Part shown: positions 1-9,900 of the stretch, piece after piece
Layout: the number at the start of each line of letters is the position of its first letter
Numbering within the stretch: the first letter of the stretch is position 1
Source: Trypanosoma brucei
Taxonomy: Eukaryota
NCBI GenBank assembly: GCA_000002445.1
Contig: CP000069.1
Coordinates: forward strand, 608,001 to 672,000
Length of the DNA stretch: 64,000 nt
Reading direction: 5' to 3'
The notes under the pieces: model-generated
Told to the model about the DNA's origin: nothing
The model's database searches: none
Seen by the model: the letters and a program-made list of their open reading frames with translations, nothing else
Made by a program: the position numbers and the translations under genes

Positions 1-228
1 ACTACCAACAGCGGAAGGTGCACGAACCCCGGTACTCAAAAACGTGGCGGAGCAAAGAACAGTAAATGAGTGGGGATGAGACGCTACAGAGGGGGCATTT
101 CATTAATCCGTCACCCCCTCACAACAGCGTGCACAATATTCCGCATTTGTGCCGTTTTGCCTTTTCCCCTTCGGTGTTACTGTCGTTTCACCCTTTTCAC
201 GACTTACCTTCCTTCATACGCAGTACTG

Positions 229-1557
229 TTATTGTTGCCTATTCATCTCAAAAACATCATCCTCTTCACCACGTTCCTTCTCTTCCATGGCGCCGGGGAT
301 GTTGCGGTGCCAATACTTCACCTCTGAAGAACAAGAAGCGAGCAAGTTACCAAGTGGACTCCATGCAATGGCATTGATCGGGTTGGCGACATCGCGGAAT
401 CGGTCGTGCGCGCTCTCCACCAATGCCGCGTTGTGAATCACCACGAGCACGCCGTCCTGCCGTGCAGTCCCCTCACAGCCGTCAACCATCCAGTACATGA
501 TGCTTCCATCCGCACCTGCACTTACAAAAAGGTCCGGCACATGTGGGTGCCACTCCACTCGTTCCACTGACTTGGAGTGGGCTTCGTAGGAGGCTACTTC
601 CTGTACCATTCGAATATCCCAGAGTTTTAAAGTACAGTCCTTGGAAGCAGAAAGCAACATGGTTCCGCTGGGATTCCAACGCACACAATTAACAGACTGA
701 GCGTGTCCCTGCAGCGCCGCAATGCTGCCACGAGATGCCGTACGCGGGTCCCATAACCTACAGTCGCGATCCTGGCTTCCAGTCAAAATTAGTGAGTGAT
801 AAGGGTGCCAGTCCACACTTACAACATCGCCACCATGCCCCTCTAACTTCATCTCCTCCCGTGCCTGTTGAGGGTTTGTACCCACGGCGTTGGTGTCCCA
901 CACACGAGCTGAACCATCTTGCCCGCAGCTACAGAATTTCCCCTCCAGTGGGGCCCACGTCAACTCCCGAACAGCCCTGTGATGCGAATTGAACTCCGCC
1001 ACCAGAACAAAGTTGGAGAGCCACAGCTTCACCATACCGGCATCATCACCGCTAATGATCAAATCACTATTGTTTCCCCATGTAATAGCTCGACATGGGC
1101 GGTGATCCTCATGTGCCACGGTTTTGACCTCCACACCAAAAGAATGACCGTTGAACAGCAAAAACTCACCGCGTCCAGTGGAGCACAGCAAACGTCGGCC
1201 ATTCGGCGCCCATTTTAGATTCAAGAGCCCCTGGCGCGAGAGGCCGCCGCGGCTATCGGGGTGATATGAAGTGCTGACCCATTGAGTGCAGAGTGCTGTG
1301 CTGGGATTAAAGGGGGTCCGAAAAGCAGGCAGCATATCCTTAGAACAGTATGGATGCGGGTCGACATGATAACCGTACGGTGTGTTGCGATGCTGCAGCC
1401 GCGTTGTCACATACTGGATGGCTGAGGAGTAAAAATCAACGGAACGCTGACCATGGGTTTTCCTTCGCGGTACATAGTCATCATACTCCTGTCCACGGAA
1501 TTTTTGACGAGGTTGCTGCTGCGTTCGGGTGGTACTGCGCTCCGTCTCAAACTCCAT
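229..1557 (-). CDS. PFS2: WD40-repeat polyadenylation factor subunit 2 (PFS2 / WDR33 orthologue of the CPSF complex)
   Basis: 442-aa ORF. Long collinear similarity to the human WDR33 WD-repeat core: 'KWAPNGRRLLCSTGRGEFLLFNG' matches WDR33 '[23 protein letters not shown]', 'GHGGDVVSVDWHP' matches 'GHGADVKCVDWHP', and 'LLSASKDCTLKLWDIR' matches 'LLTASRDHLCKLFDIR'. Several WD repeats are visible. Confidence 0.8.
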   Translation of the reverse strand: MEFETERSTTRTQQQPRQKFRGQEYDDYVPRRKTHGQRSVDFYSSAIQYVTTRLQHRNTPYGYHVDPHPYCSKDMLPAFRTPFNPSTALCTQWVSTSYHPDSRGGLSRQGLLNLKWAPNGRRLLCSTGRGEFLLFNGHSFGVEVKTVAHEDHRPCRAITWGNNSDLIISGDDAGMVKLWLSNFVLVAEFNSHHRAVRELTWAPLEGKFCSCGQDGSARVWDTNAVGTNPQQAREEMKLEGHGGDVVSVDWHPYHSLILTGSQDRDCRLWDPRTASRGSIAALQGHAQSVNCVRWNPSGTMLLSASKDCTLKLWDIRMVQEVASYEAHSKSVERVEWHPHVPDLFVSAGADGSIMYWMVDGCEGTARQDGVLVVIHNAALVESAHDRFRDVANPINAIAWSPLGNLLASCSSEVKYWHRNIPGAMEEKERGEEDDVFEMNRQQ

Positions 1558-1899
1558 CGCCCAGATCGTGAACTACGAAATCAAGGAAGACGCGATTCCC
1601 TCCCCCTTTCTCCAAATCCAACACCAGCGCTAGCCTTGCTGCCGGTTCTCCTCTGTGTCCAGTAGTATGTAACATTACAAAATGTGTGTTTAGGTTAATT
1701 TAGGGGAAAAGTAAACAAGCGGGTGGGTGCGGAGACCAATAAAACAGAAGGGAATAGGGTCAGTAGCAAGCAGCTTCCTTCAAAGGAACATAAGTAAAAC
1801 CAACAAGAATGATGCCGATAACGGTAAACAACTGCAATGCAACAACAAGTAACGAACTCTCGGCGTGTCCAACAAGTACAAACTTGTCACGATTGCTGC

Positions 1900-2934
1900 T
1901 CAGCAGGATGCCAGCAGCGCATGGCAGGTTGAACGCTGGACTGAAACTGTTGACCCTGGAAACACTTGCACCGCCTCGCCGTCCAGCATCATTACCGCGC
2001 CAGACCTTCCGCCAGCACCTTCACGAGCAGCATGGAGGGTAAACTCCAACCCTGTTACATCAACTGACTCACCAACACCATCTTCATTAAGAACTACACC
2101 TTCTATGGCCTCACGACTTAAAAGATGCCAAAGGCGCATCCGCGTTGCTTCATGGGTAGCATGCGTGACACACATCGATCCCCGCTTAAATGTAGCATTT
2201 GGAGTAAGTGTGTAGTGGCGGTGTTGAAAAGGCATCTGCGAGGCTAACAGCATCTTCATTGGACTCTGAATAAGAACGTGTGACCTTCCCAGGGCTCCTG
2301 GTGCATCCTTCTTTCCTTTTCCTCCTCTTGTACAGCATGTCAGGGTAGCGCTACACGAAATTGTCTCATTGCGCATTGCTGTATAAAACGCCCCCAACCT
2401 GTACTTCCCCCGAACCATTGGAAGCGAAATGTAATTGTCCCCAACAGCATCTAACTCATGCAGTCGCTTAACGCACATTGCATAAGTACCGACAGCGAGG
2501 TAGGAGGCCACATACCGAGTGAGCGCGCCATTAATCCGTACCTCCCAGAGGGGCACCTGCTCCACGCGACCAAGCACGAAGGCAGAAACGGAACGTTCCG
2601 CAGAGAAAATACCCAGAGAAGCTGCAACTGAGTTTTGCAACCCACACGGCACCAGGACTATGGGAGCAGCGGCCAGTGGATGATTTGGAGTTGCCGCCAG
2701 TACATTGACAACAGAGCTTAGTGTGCCATCACCACCACACACAATGATGGCATCAGTACCACCCGCATGGCGTTCCATGGCGCAGATAATATCTTTCTCG
2801 GGCACACACACGTCGTGGTGCACAATTCCTGCGTTATCAAGGTACTGTCGCAAAGCACTTGCGAAAACAGAAAGACCCTCGCGAGCTCCACTTCGGGTGT
2901 TAACGATAGCCAGGCAGCGTTTGAAACGGCTCAT
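1900..2934 (-). CDS. Diacylglycerol-kinase catalytic-domain (DAGK_cat) lipid kinase, of the sphingosine/ceramide/DAG kinase-like family
   Basis: 344-aa ORF carrying the DAGK_cat signature 'IIVCGGDGTLSSVVNVL' about 60 aa from the N-terminus. It is on the same strand as its neighbours. Confidence 0.6.
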   Translation of the reverse strand: MSRFKRCLAIVNTRSGAREGLSVFASALRQYLDNAGIVHHDVCVPEKDIICAMERHAGGTDAIIVCGGDGTLSSVVNVLAATPNHPLAAAPIVLVPCGLQNSVAASLGIFSAERSVSAFVLGRVEQVPLWEVRINGALTRYVASYLAVGTYAMCVKRLHELDAVGDNYISLPMVRGKYRLGAFYTAMRNETISCSATLTCCTRGGKGKKDAPGALGRSHVLIQSPMKMLLASQMPFQHRHYTLTPNATFKRGSMCVTHATHEATRMRLWHLLSREAIEGVVLNEDGVGESVDVTGLEFTLHAAREGAGGRSGAVMMLDGEAVQVFPGSTVSVQRSTCHALLASC

Positions 2935-3675
2935 CAGCTAAATCAAGTCGTTTACGGCAACTTCTCCGAAGCTGCTATTCACCCAAACGTTTATTTTCCT
3001 CTTTCTTACTCCTCGGTTATGCTGACTGCGTGCGTGAGTTGCGGCTCCTCGTTCCCTCTCTACCTTACGAAGGCGGAAGAAAACGATATCTCTTCCTTGT
3101 TTTTTATGAATTCAAACTTTTAGCTTCTGCTCGTTCCCGCGTTTGTGTCCCTAACAACCCCTACACCATGAGGAACGTCCTTCTCGCCCGACCCCACGTA
3201 GTGAGCAAAAATATATGATGAAACGAATGAACCGCTTGAGTTTTGAAACACTTTCACCGCAGTAGCACTACAAATTATCATTTCAGCGAAGCCCCCACAC
3301 GGAAGAGTGAGGCACTCGCACAGGATCAACTGTGAAACAGAATCTCCCTCTTTTTCCCTTGTATTCACGAGAAAGAGGGGGCTCCGACAAAAGATTAACT
3401 GCACCCCAACCTTACACAAACCATGCTAACCAATATATATATACAAAAAAAACGTGCAACTACTCATTACGGCTAATGCCTTCCCTCTTCGCACGCCCTC
3501 CCGTGGACACCGAGACCCACTGTTCGAGAACGTACACATGTACGCGCATCTATATGTATATATATGGTAGTAACATGCAAACTACCAACCTGTCAGTAAT
3601 GCACTGACCATCTGCACAGGAAGGTGAGCGGTCAGTACCAACCATACTTGGATCTTCTGCTTCACCCTGATGGAT

Positions 3676-5268
3676 CTAGTAACGGTCCCGCCTCTTCCTC
3701 ACCCTAAGCCTTTTCATGTAGTCGAAAGACCCCAAACATACAAACAATAAAATGATGAAAACATTACTAAAAAGTAACACTGAATAGCCTTTCCCCTTTC
3801 CCCCAGCGTGATCTGATCGGACCTCCTTCGAGTTGCCGCGCGCACCTCCGTCCCCTTTTCCCTTACCGCTGCTCTCCACATTCCGCCCAACATTTGCATC
3901 CTTCGACGCAGGGTCGACTTCATTCAAATCATCGTTGCTTTCCATGAGCCCCACTGCTTTGGGATCCCATAGGTACCTTTGCTTCAGAAAACCCGTCACA
4001 TGTGCCTCAATAAAATTTCCGGCACCATCATAGCACTCGGTGCACGCCTCCAGTGTGGGAAACTGTCGCTTCGGTACTAGCGGGTCCGCACCATCCTTTA
4101 CGTTGGCCAGTCGCGCATTCACATTATTGTGCGCACGCCACAGTTGCAGTACAGGGTCTTCGTTGGGGCTGAAGTTAAACTGGATGAAGTGGTCCCGACA
4201 CTCCTTGCACGAGAAGAAATAACGTATATAATTCTGTATCACCTCAAGGACATTCCTATCCGCCGGTGTGTTTACTGTTAGTGCGTGCAAAAGGAGCCAC
4301 ATCCCACATGGGAAACCGCGGTACTGCGGAGATGAACCCCGGCATGTCCGCCACCGGACGTTACGTGGCGAGCCATCAAACGGAATACCGGACTTCACCA
4401 CAGCATCTTGCCATGATGCGACTGTGAATGGTCTTTCCGCGGTAATAGATTCAAGGGCGCTAACAACACCGTCAGCCCCTATAGAAGGAAGCGAGTCTTT
4501 CACAAGCAACACAAAATCTTCAAGTGCAGTTAGCCGCTCGCGTGGTTCCGTACCTACCAGAGAAACATCATAGTGCATTGCGGAGAAGAAAGCGCCGGCA
4601 ATATCTGTGGCATATAGTTCTGTTGTCTCAACAAACCTCCCTGATTCATCCGTAGAAGAAACAGAACGCTTCACCAACTCCTCTTTGGATGTATAAAGTT
4701 TGAAATGCATGTCTATGCATCGCTCCTTTAAGGAATCATCTACCACCATGTGTTTGTTAACTAGCCGTCGCACTTCCGACTCCAGTTCATCAACTTCCAA
4801 GTGACTGTTTTCAAATGCAACATGCTCTAATGAGGAGGTGCCGCACTCCTCGTTGCTCCTGCATGAGTCACGTGGGTAAAAGAAAAATAATCGTGGAACA
4901 AAGTTGATGTCATACTTACGGCACAGATCCACTTCACTAGCGCAATTCACAGCAGCTGCTGTGGCGATCTGAAGTGCATCCTTTCCATGCTCCACCTTCA
5001 ACCCTCCAGCAAATTTGGAGAAAGTTGAAGCGTACCGTCGGCAAGCGCCGCAGCCATCGTTATAAAAAAGAACAATCCAAGGACAGAGAGGCGCAACACG
5101 ATGAACACGAGAAAAATCATCACCCGATAGATCCACTACCGACGAATCTAAATGAAATAGACCCGGACGAGGACTGCCCGTGGCTACTTGGGCGACTGAT
5201 TTAGAAAGACAACAGCATAACAAACCTGCAAAGACTACAAATGATCGAGAGAACATTCTCCACGACAA
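3676..5268 (-). CDS. QSOX: Quiescin sulfhydryl oxidase (QSOX), a thioredoxin domain fused to an Erv/ALR FAD-dependent sulfhydryl oxidase domain
   Basis: 530-aa ORF. N-terminal signal peptide 'MSWRMFSRSFVVFAGLLCCCLS'. Thioredoxin-like CxxC in 'FYNDGCGACRRYAS'. Erv/ALR core 'FPCGMWLLLHALTV' plus a second CxxC in 'FFSCKECRDHF'. C-terminal hydrophobic anchor 'VLLFSNVFIILLFVCLGSF'. This is the architecture of kinetoplastid QSOX. Confidence 0.8.
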   Translation of the reverse strand: MSWRMFSRSFVVFAGLLCCCLSKSVAQVATGSPRPGLFHLDSSVVDLSGDDFSRVHRVAPLCPWIVLFYNDGCGACRRYASTFSKFAGGLKVEHGKDALQIATAAAVNCASEVDLCRKYDINFVPRLFFFYPRDSCRSNEECGTSSLEHVAFENSHLEVDELESEVRRLVNKHMVVDDSLKERCIDMHFKLYTSKEELVKRSVSSTDESGRFVETTELYATDIAGAFFSAMHYDVSLVGTEPRERLTALEDFVLLVKDSLPSIGADGVVSALESITAERPFTVASWQDAVVKSGIPFDGSPRNVRWRTCRGSSPQYRGFPCGMWLLLHALTVNTPADRNVLEVIQNYIRYFFSCKECRDHFIQFNFSPNEDPVLQLWRAHNNVNARLANVKDGADPLVPKRQFPTLEACTECYDGAGNFIEAHVTGFLKQRYLWDPKAVGLMESNDDLNEVDPASKDANVGRNVESSGKGKGDGGARGNSKEVRSDHAGGKGKGYSVLLFSNVFIILLFVCLGSFDYMKRLRVRKRRDRY

Positions 5269-5295
5269 CAGAAAAACAAAGGGAAGAACAAATTG

Positions 5296-5400
5296 TTTCT
5301 ACTACAAGGAAAAAAAATATTTAAAAAAAGTGAGAAAACATTATTCAAAATTGTAAAAATATATATATTAAAAGAAAAAAAAATTAAAAAAACTTTTCAC
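5296..5400 (-). promoter_or_regulatory. Polypyrimidine tract (on the coding/minus strand) with AG acceptor candidates upstream of QSOX; a probable spliced-leader trans-splicing signal
   Basis: The plus strand is almost pure A/G/T-poor purine-rich (aaaaaaaatatttaaaaaaagtgagaaaac...), so the minus strand is a long U-rich polypyrimidine tract. AG dinucleotides (plus 'ct' at about 5297-5301) lie just upstream of ATG 5268. This is the typical arrangement of a kinetoplastid trans-splice acceptor. Confidence 0.4.
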
Positions 5401-6389
5401 CATCATCATGCTCATTATATAATGCAAAGAAAGGGGGAAGATATCAGTCCCGTGCTTATGATAGGTAGCTTAGTGCACGGATGCCTAATTCATTTGAAAA
5501 TAATACAAATGCCTCGATTGTTAGCATCATCTGCACATACACTCAAATATATATATACACACACACACAAACCATCAGAATGTTATGGATGTAAAGTTGC
5601 ATCTAACCTCAATGGGTATCCTGTGGAGCGGCATCGATAAGTACAGTCGCCAAGGGACCTTTAATAATGAGGTGTAAATGTATTCACTCCACTCTCCCAC
5701 AGGCAAGTCCGTCACATGGACAATCAGCGTGTCCCGCAACGGTGCAACCCGCGGTACACAGTAAACAATAACAAACGTCGACGCGTACACCTCAGCGTTT
5801 CCTCTCATCAACAACATGATCAGGTGTATAATTAAATAACAACATCATTGGCGCCGCAATTCAGTTTCAATAAGTGTCGATAAAGTTGCAACCGCAAATT
5901 CATCACGATCACGCACAGTGTAAATGGTCATATGAAGGAAGACTAGATAGAAAAAGGGAATTGAGATAAATCACACACACGAAGATGGAGCCCACAATAA
6001 CTATATGAGCTCTCGCGGGTCCGATTGAGGCCGTCACAGCACCAAAGAGTTACCGCCGCCGCCTCACCCACGGGGCTCGCTCAGATAAGATAACACACGC
6101 ACACACATATATATTTATATATATGTAACTGGGTATGCAGGTGATAATAGCAGAAACAGATATGGTGGTGGTTTTTCTCAACTCTCGGGTAGCACAGGTG
6201 CAGACGCAGTGATTGACGTAAGCAAAACGCCTGTGTTTTCGCTAGCCTTCAGCGTACTATGGCAAAAAAAAAAAGCAATCATCATTCGCCTCCAAGGTAG
6301 TGTATAGCATAAACATGGCACGGGTAAAGTGACTATTGGAGAAACAAAAGAAAAGTAAGTGAATAAAAGCGAGGGAGGGGGGAATATAG

Positions 6390-6490
6390 TAGAGTCAGTG
6401 AATCCTTGTATGAAGGCATCGTCGCAGTTCTTCTGTCATTGCATTTTTCAGATACCACAGGAATTGCACGTATGATCATCATGCTCATTA
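6390..6490 (-). ncRNA. Candidate box C/D snoRNA
   Basis: Minus-strand perfect C box AUGAUGA (plus 6477-6483), D' CUGA (plus 6449-6452), D CUGA (plus 6395-6398). A further perfect AUGAUGA (plus 7352-7358, D' at 7322-7325) in the same unit has no clean D partner. No RUGAUGA motif occurs on the plus strand of the unit, which supports the strand bias. Confidence 0.2.
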
Positions 6491-6509
6491 TATAATGCAA
6501 AGAGAGGGG

Positions 6510-6610
6510 GAAGATATCAGTCCCGTGCTTATGATAGGTAGCTTAGTGCACGGATGCCTAATTCATTTGAAAATCATACAAATGCCTCGATTGTTAGCAT
6601 CATCTGCACA
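6510..6610 (-). ncRNA. Candidate box C/D snoRNA
   Basis: Minus-strand C-like box GAUGAUG (plus 6596-6602) and D box CUGA (plus 6517-6520) about 76 nt apart. Confidence 0.2.
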
Positions 6611-6789
6611 TACACTCAAATATATATATATACACACACACAAACCATCAGAATGTTATGGATGTAAAGTTGCATCTAACCTCAATGGGTATCCTGTGGA
6701 GCGGCATCGATAAGTACAGTCGCCAAGGGACCTTTAATAATGAGGTGTAAATGTATTCACTCCACTCTCCCACAGGCAAGTCCGTCACA

Positions 6790-6882
6790 TGGACAATCAG
6801 CGTGTCCCGCAACGGTGCAACCCGCGGTACACAGTAAACAATAACAAACGTCGACGCGTACACCTCAGCGTTTCCTCTCATC
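6790..6882 (-). ncRNA. Candidate box C/D snoRNA immediately downstream of the previous one
   Basis: Minus-strand C-like box UUGAUGA (plus 6868-6874) and D box CUGA (plus 6797-6800) about 68 nt apart; a possible D' at plus 6855-6858. Confidence 0.2.
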
Positions 6883-6884
6883 AA

Positions 6885-6990
6885 CAACATGATCAGGTGT
6901 ATAATTAAATAACAACATCATTGGCGCCGCAATTCAGTTTCAATAAGTGTCGATAAAGTTGCAACCGCAAATTCATCACGATCACGCACA
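6885..6990 (-). ncRNA. Candidate box C/D snoRNA with full C-D'-C'-D architecture (one per repeat unit, recurring every about 1072 bp)
   Basis: Read on the minus strand: C box GUGAUGA (plus 6973-6979 'tcatcac'), D' CUGA (plus 6934-6937), C' AUGAUGU (plus 6915-6921), D CUGA (plus 6893-6896). Spacings of 35, 12 and 18 nt are compatible with 10-21-nt guide regions upstream of D' and D. I could not verify a terminal stem. Confidence 0.3.
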
Positions 6991-9900
6991 GTGTAAATGG
7001 TCATGTGAAGGAAGACTAGATAGAAAAAGGGAATTGAGATAAATCACACACACGAAGATGGAGCCCACAATAACTATATGAGCTCTCGCGGGTCCGATTG
7101 AGGCCGTCACAGCACCAAAGAGTTACCGCCGCCGCCTCACCCACGGGGCTCGCTCAGATAAGATAACACACGCACACACATATATATTTATATATATGTA
7201 ATTGGGTATGCAGGTGATAATAGCAGAAACAGATATGGTGGTGGTTTTTCTCAACTCTCGGGTAGCACAGGTGCAAACGCAGTGATTGACGTAAGCAAAA
7301 CGCCTGTGTTTTCGCTAGCCTTCAGCGTACTATGGCAGAAAAAAAAAGCAATCATCATTCGCCTCCAAGGTAGTGTATAGCATAAACATGGCACGGGTAA
7401 AGTGACTATTGAAGAAACAAAAGAAAAGTAAGTGAATAAAAGCGAGGGAGGGGGGAATATAGTAGAGTCAGTAAATCCTTGTATGAAGGCATCGTCGCAG
7501 TTCTTCTGTCATTGCATTTTTCAGATACCACAGGAATTGCACGTATGATCATCATGCTCATTATATAATGCAAAGAGAGGGGGAAGATATCAGTCCCGTG
7601 CTTATGATAGGTAGCTTAGTGCACGGATGCCTAATTCATTTGAAAATCATACAAATGCCTCGATTGTTAGCATCATCTGCACATACACTCAAATATATAT
7701 ATACACACACACACAAACCATCAGAATGTTATGGATGTAAAGTTGCATCTAACCTCAATGGGTATCCTGTGGAGCGGCATCGATAAGTACAGTCGCCAAG
7801 GGACCTTTAATAATGAGGTGTAAATGTATTCACTCCACTCTCCCACAGGCAAGTCCGTCACATGGACAATCAGCGTGTCCCGCAACGGTGCAACCCGCGG
7901 TACACAGTAAACAATAACAAACGTCGACGCGTACACCTCAGCGTTTCCTCTCATCAACAACATGATCAGGTGTATAATTAAATAACAACATCATTGGCGC
8001 CGCAATTCAGTTTCAATAAGTGTCGATAAAGTTGCAACCGCAAATTCATCACGATCACGCACAGTGTAAATGGTCATGTGAAGGAAGACTAGATAGAAAA
8101 AGGGAATTGAGATAAATCACACACACGAAGATGGAGCCCACAATAACTATATGAGCTCTCGCGGGTCCGATTGAGGCCGTCACAGCACCAAAGAGTTACC
8201 GCCGCCGCCTCACCCACGGGGCTCGCTCAGATAAGATAACACACGCACACACATATATATTTATATATATGTAATTGGGTATGCAGGTGATAATAGCAGA
8301 AACAGATATGGTGGTGGTTTTTCTCAACTCTCGGGTAGCACAGGTGCAGACGCAGTGATTGACGTAAGCAAAACGCCTGTGTTTTCGCTAGCCTTCAGCG
8401 TACTATGGCAGAAAAAAAAAGCAATCATCATTCGCCTCCAAGGTAGTGTATAGCATAAACATGGCACGGGTAAAGTGACTATTGAAGAAACAAAAGAAAA
8501 GTAAGTGAATAAAAGCGAGGGAGGGGGGAATATAGTAGAGTCAGTAAATCCTTGTATGAAGGCATCGTCGCAGTTCTTCTGTCATTGCATTTTTCAGATA
8601 CCACAGGAATTGCACGTATGATCATCATGCTCATTATATAATGCAAAGAAAGGGGGAAGATATCAGTCCCGTGCTTATGATAGGTAGCTTAGTGCACGGA
8701 TGCCTAATTCATTTGAAAATCATACAAATGCCTCGATTGTTAGCATCATCTGCACATACACTCAAATATATATACACACACACACAAACCATCAGAATGT
8801 TATGGATGTAAAGTTGCATCTAACCTCAATGGGTATCCTGTGGAGCGGCATCGATAAGTACAGTCGCCAAGGGACCTTTAATAATGAGGTGTAAATGTAT
8901 TCACTCCACTCTTCCACAGGCAAGTCCGTCACATGGACAATCAGCGTGTCCCGCAACGGTGCAACCCGCGGTACACAGTAAACAATAACAAACGTCGACG
9001 CGTACACCTCAGCGTTTCCTCTCATCAACAACATGATCAGGTGTATAATTAAATAACAACATCATTGGCGCCGCAATTCAGTTTCAATAAGTGTCGATAA
9101 AGTTGCAACCGCAAATTCATCACGATCACGCACAGTGTAAATGGTCATATGAAGGAAGAATAGATAGAAAAAGGGAATTGAGATATATCACACACACGAA
9201 GATGGAGCCCACAATAACTATATGAGCTCTCGCGGGTCCGATTGAGGCCGTCACAGCACCAAAGAGTTACCGCCGCCGCCTCACCCACGGGGCTCGCTCA
9301 GATAAGATAACACACGCACACACATATATATTTATATATATGTAACTGGGTATGCAGGTGATAATAGCAGAAACAGATATGGTGGTGGTTTTTCTCAACT
9401 CTCGGGTAGCACAGGTGCAGACGCAGTGATTGACGTAAGCAAAACGCCTGTGTTTTCGCTAGCCTTCAGCGTACTATGGCAGAAAAAAAAAGCAATCATC
9501 ATTCGCCTCCAAGGTAGTGTATAGCATAAACATGGCACGGGTAAAGTGACTATTGGAGAAACAAAAGAAAAGTAAGTGAATAAAAGCGAGGGAGGGGGGA
9601 ATATAGTAGAGTCAGTAAATCCTTGTATGAAGGCATCGTCGCAGTTCTTCTGTCATTGCATTTTTCAGATACCACAGGAATTGCACGTATGATCATCATG
9701 CTCATTATATAATGCAAAGAAAGGGGGAAGATATCAGTCCCGTGCTTATGATAGGTAGCTTAGTGCACGGATGCCTAATTCATTTGAAAATCATACAAAT
9801 GCCTCGATTGTTAGCATCATCTGCACATACACTCAAATATATATACACACACACACAAACCATCAGAATGTTATGGATGTAAAGTTGCATCTAACCTCAA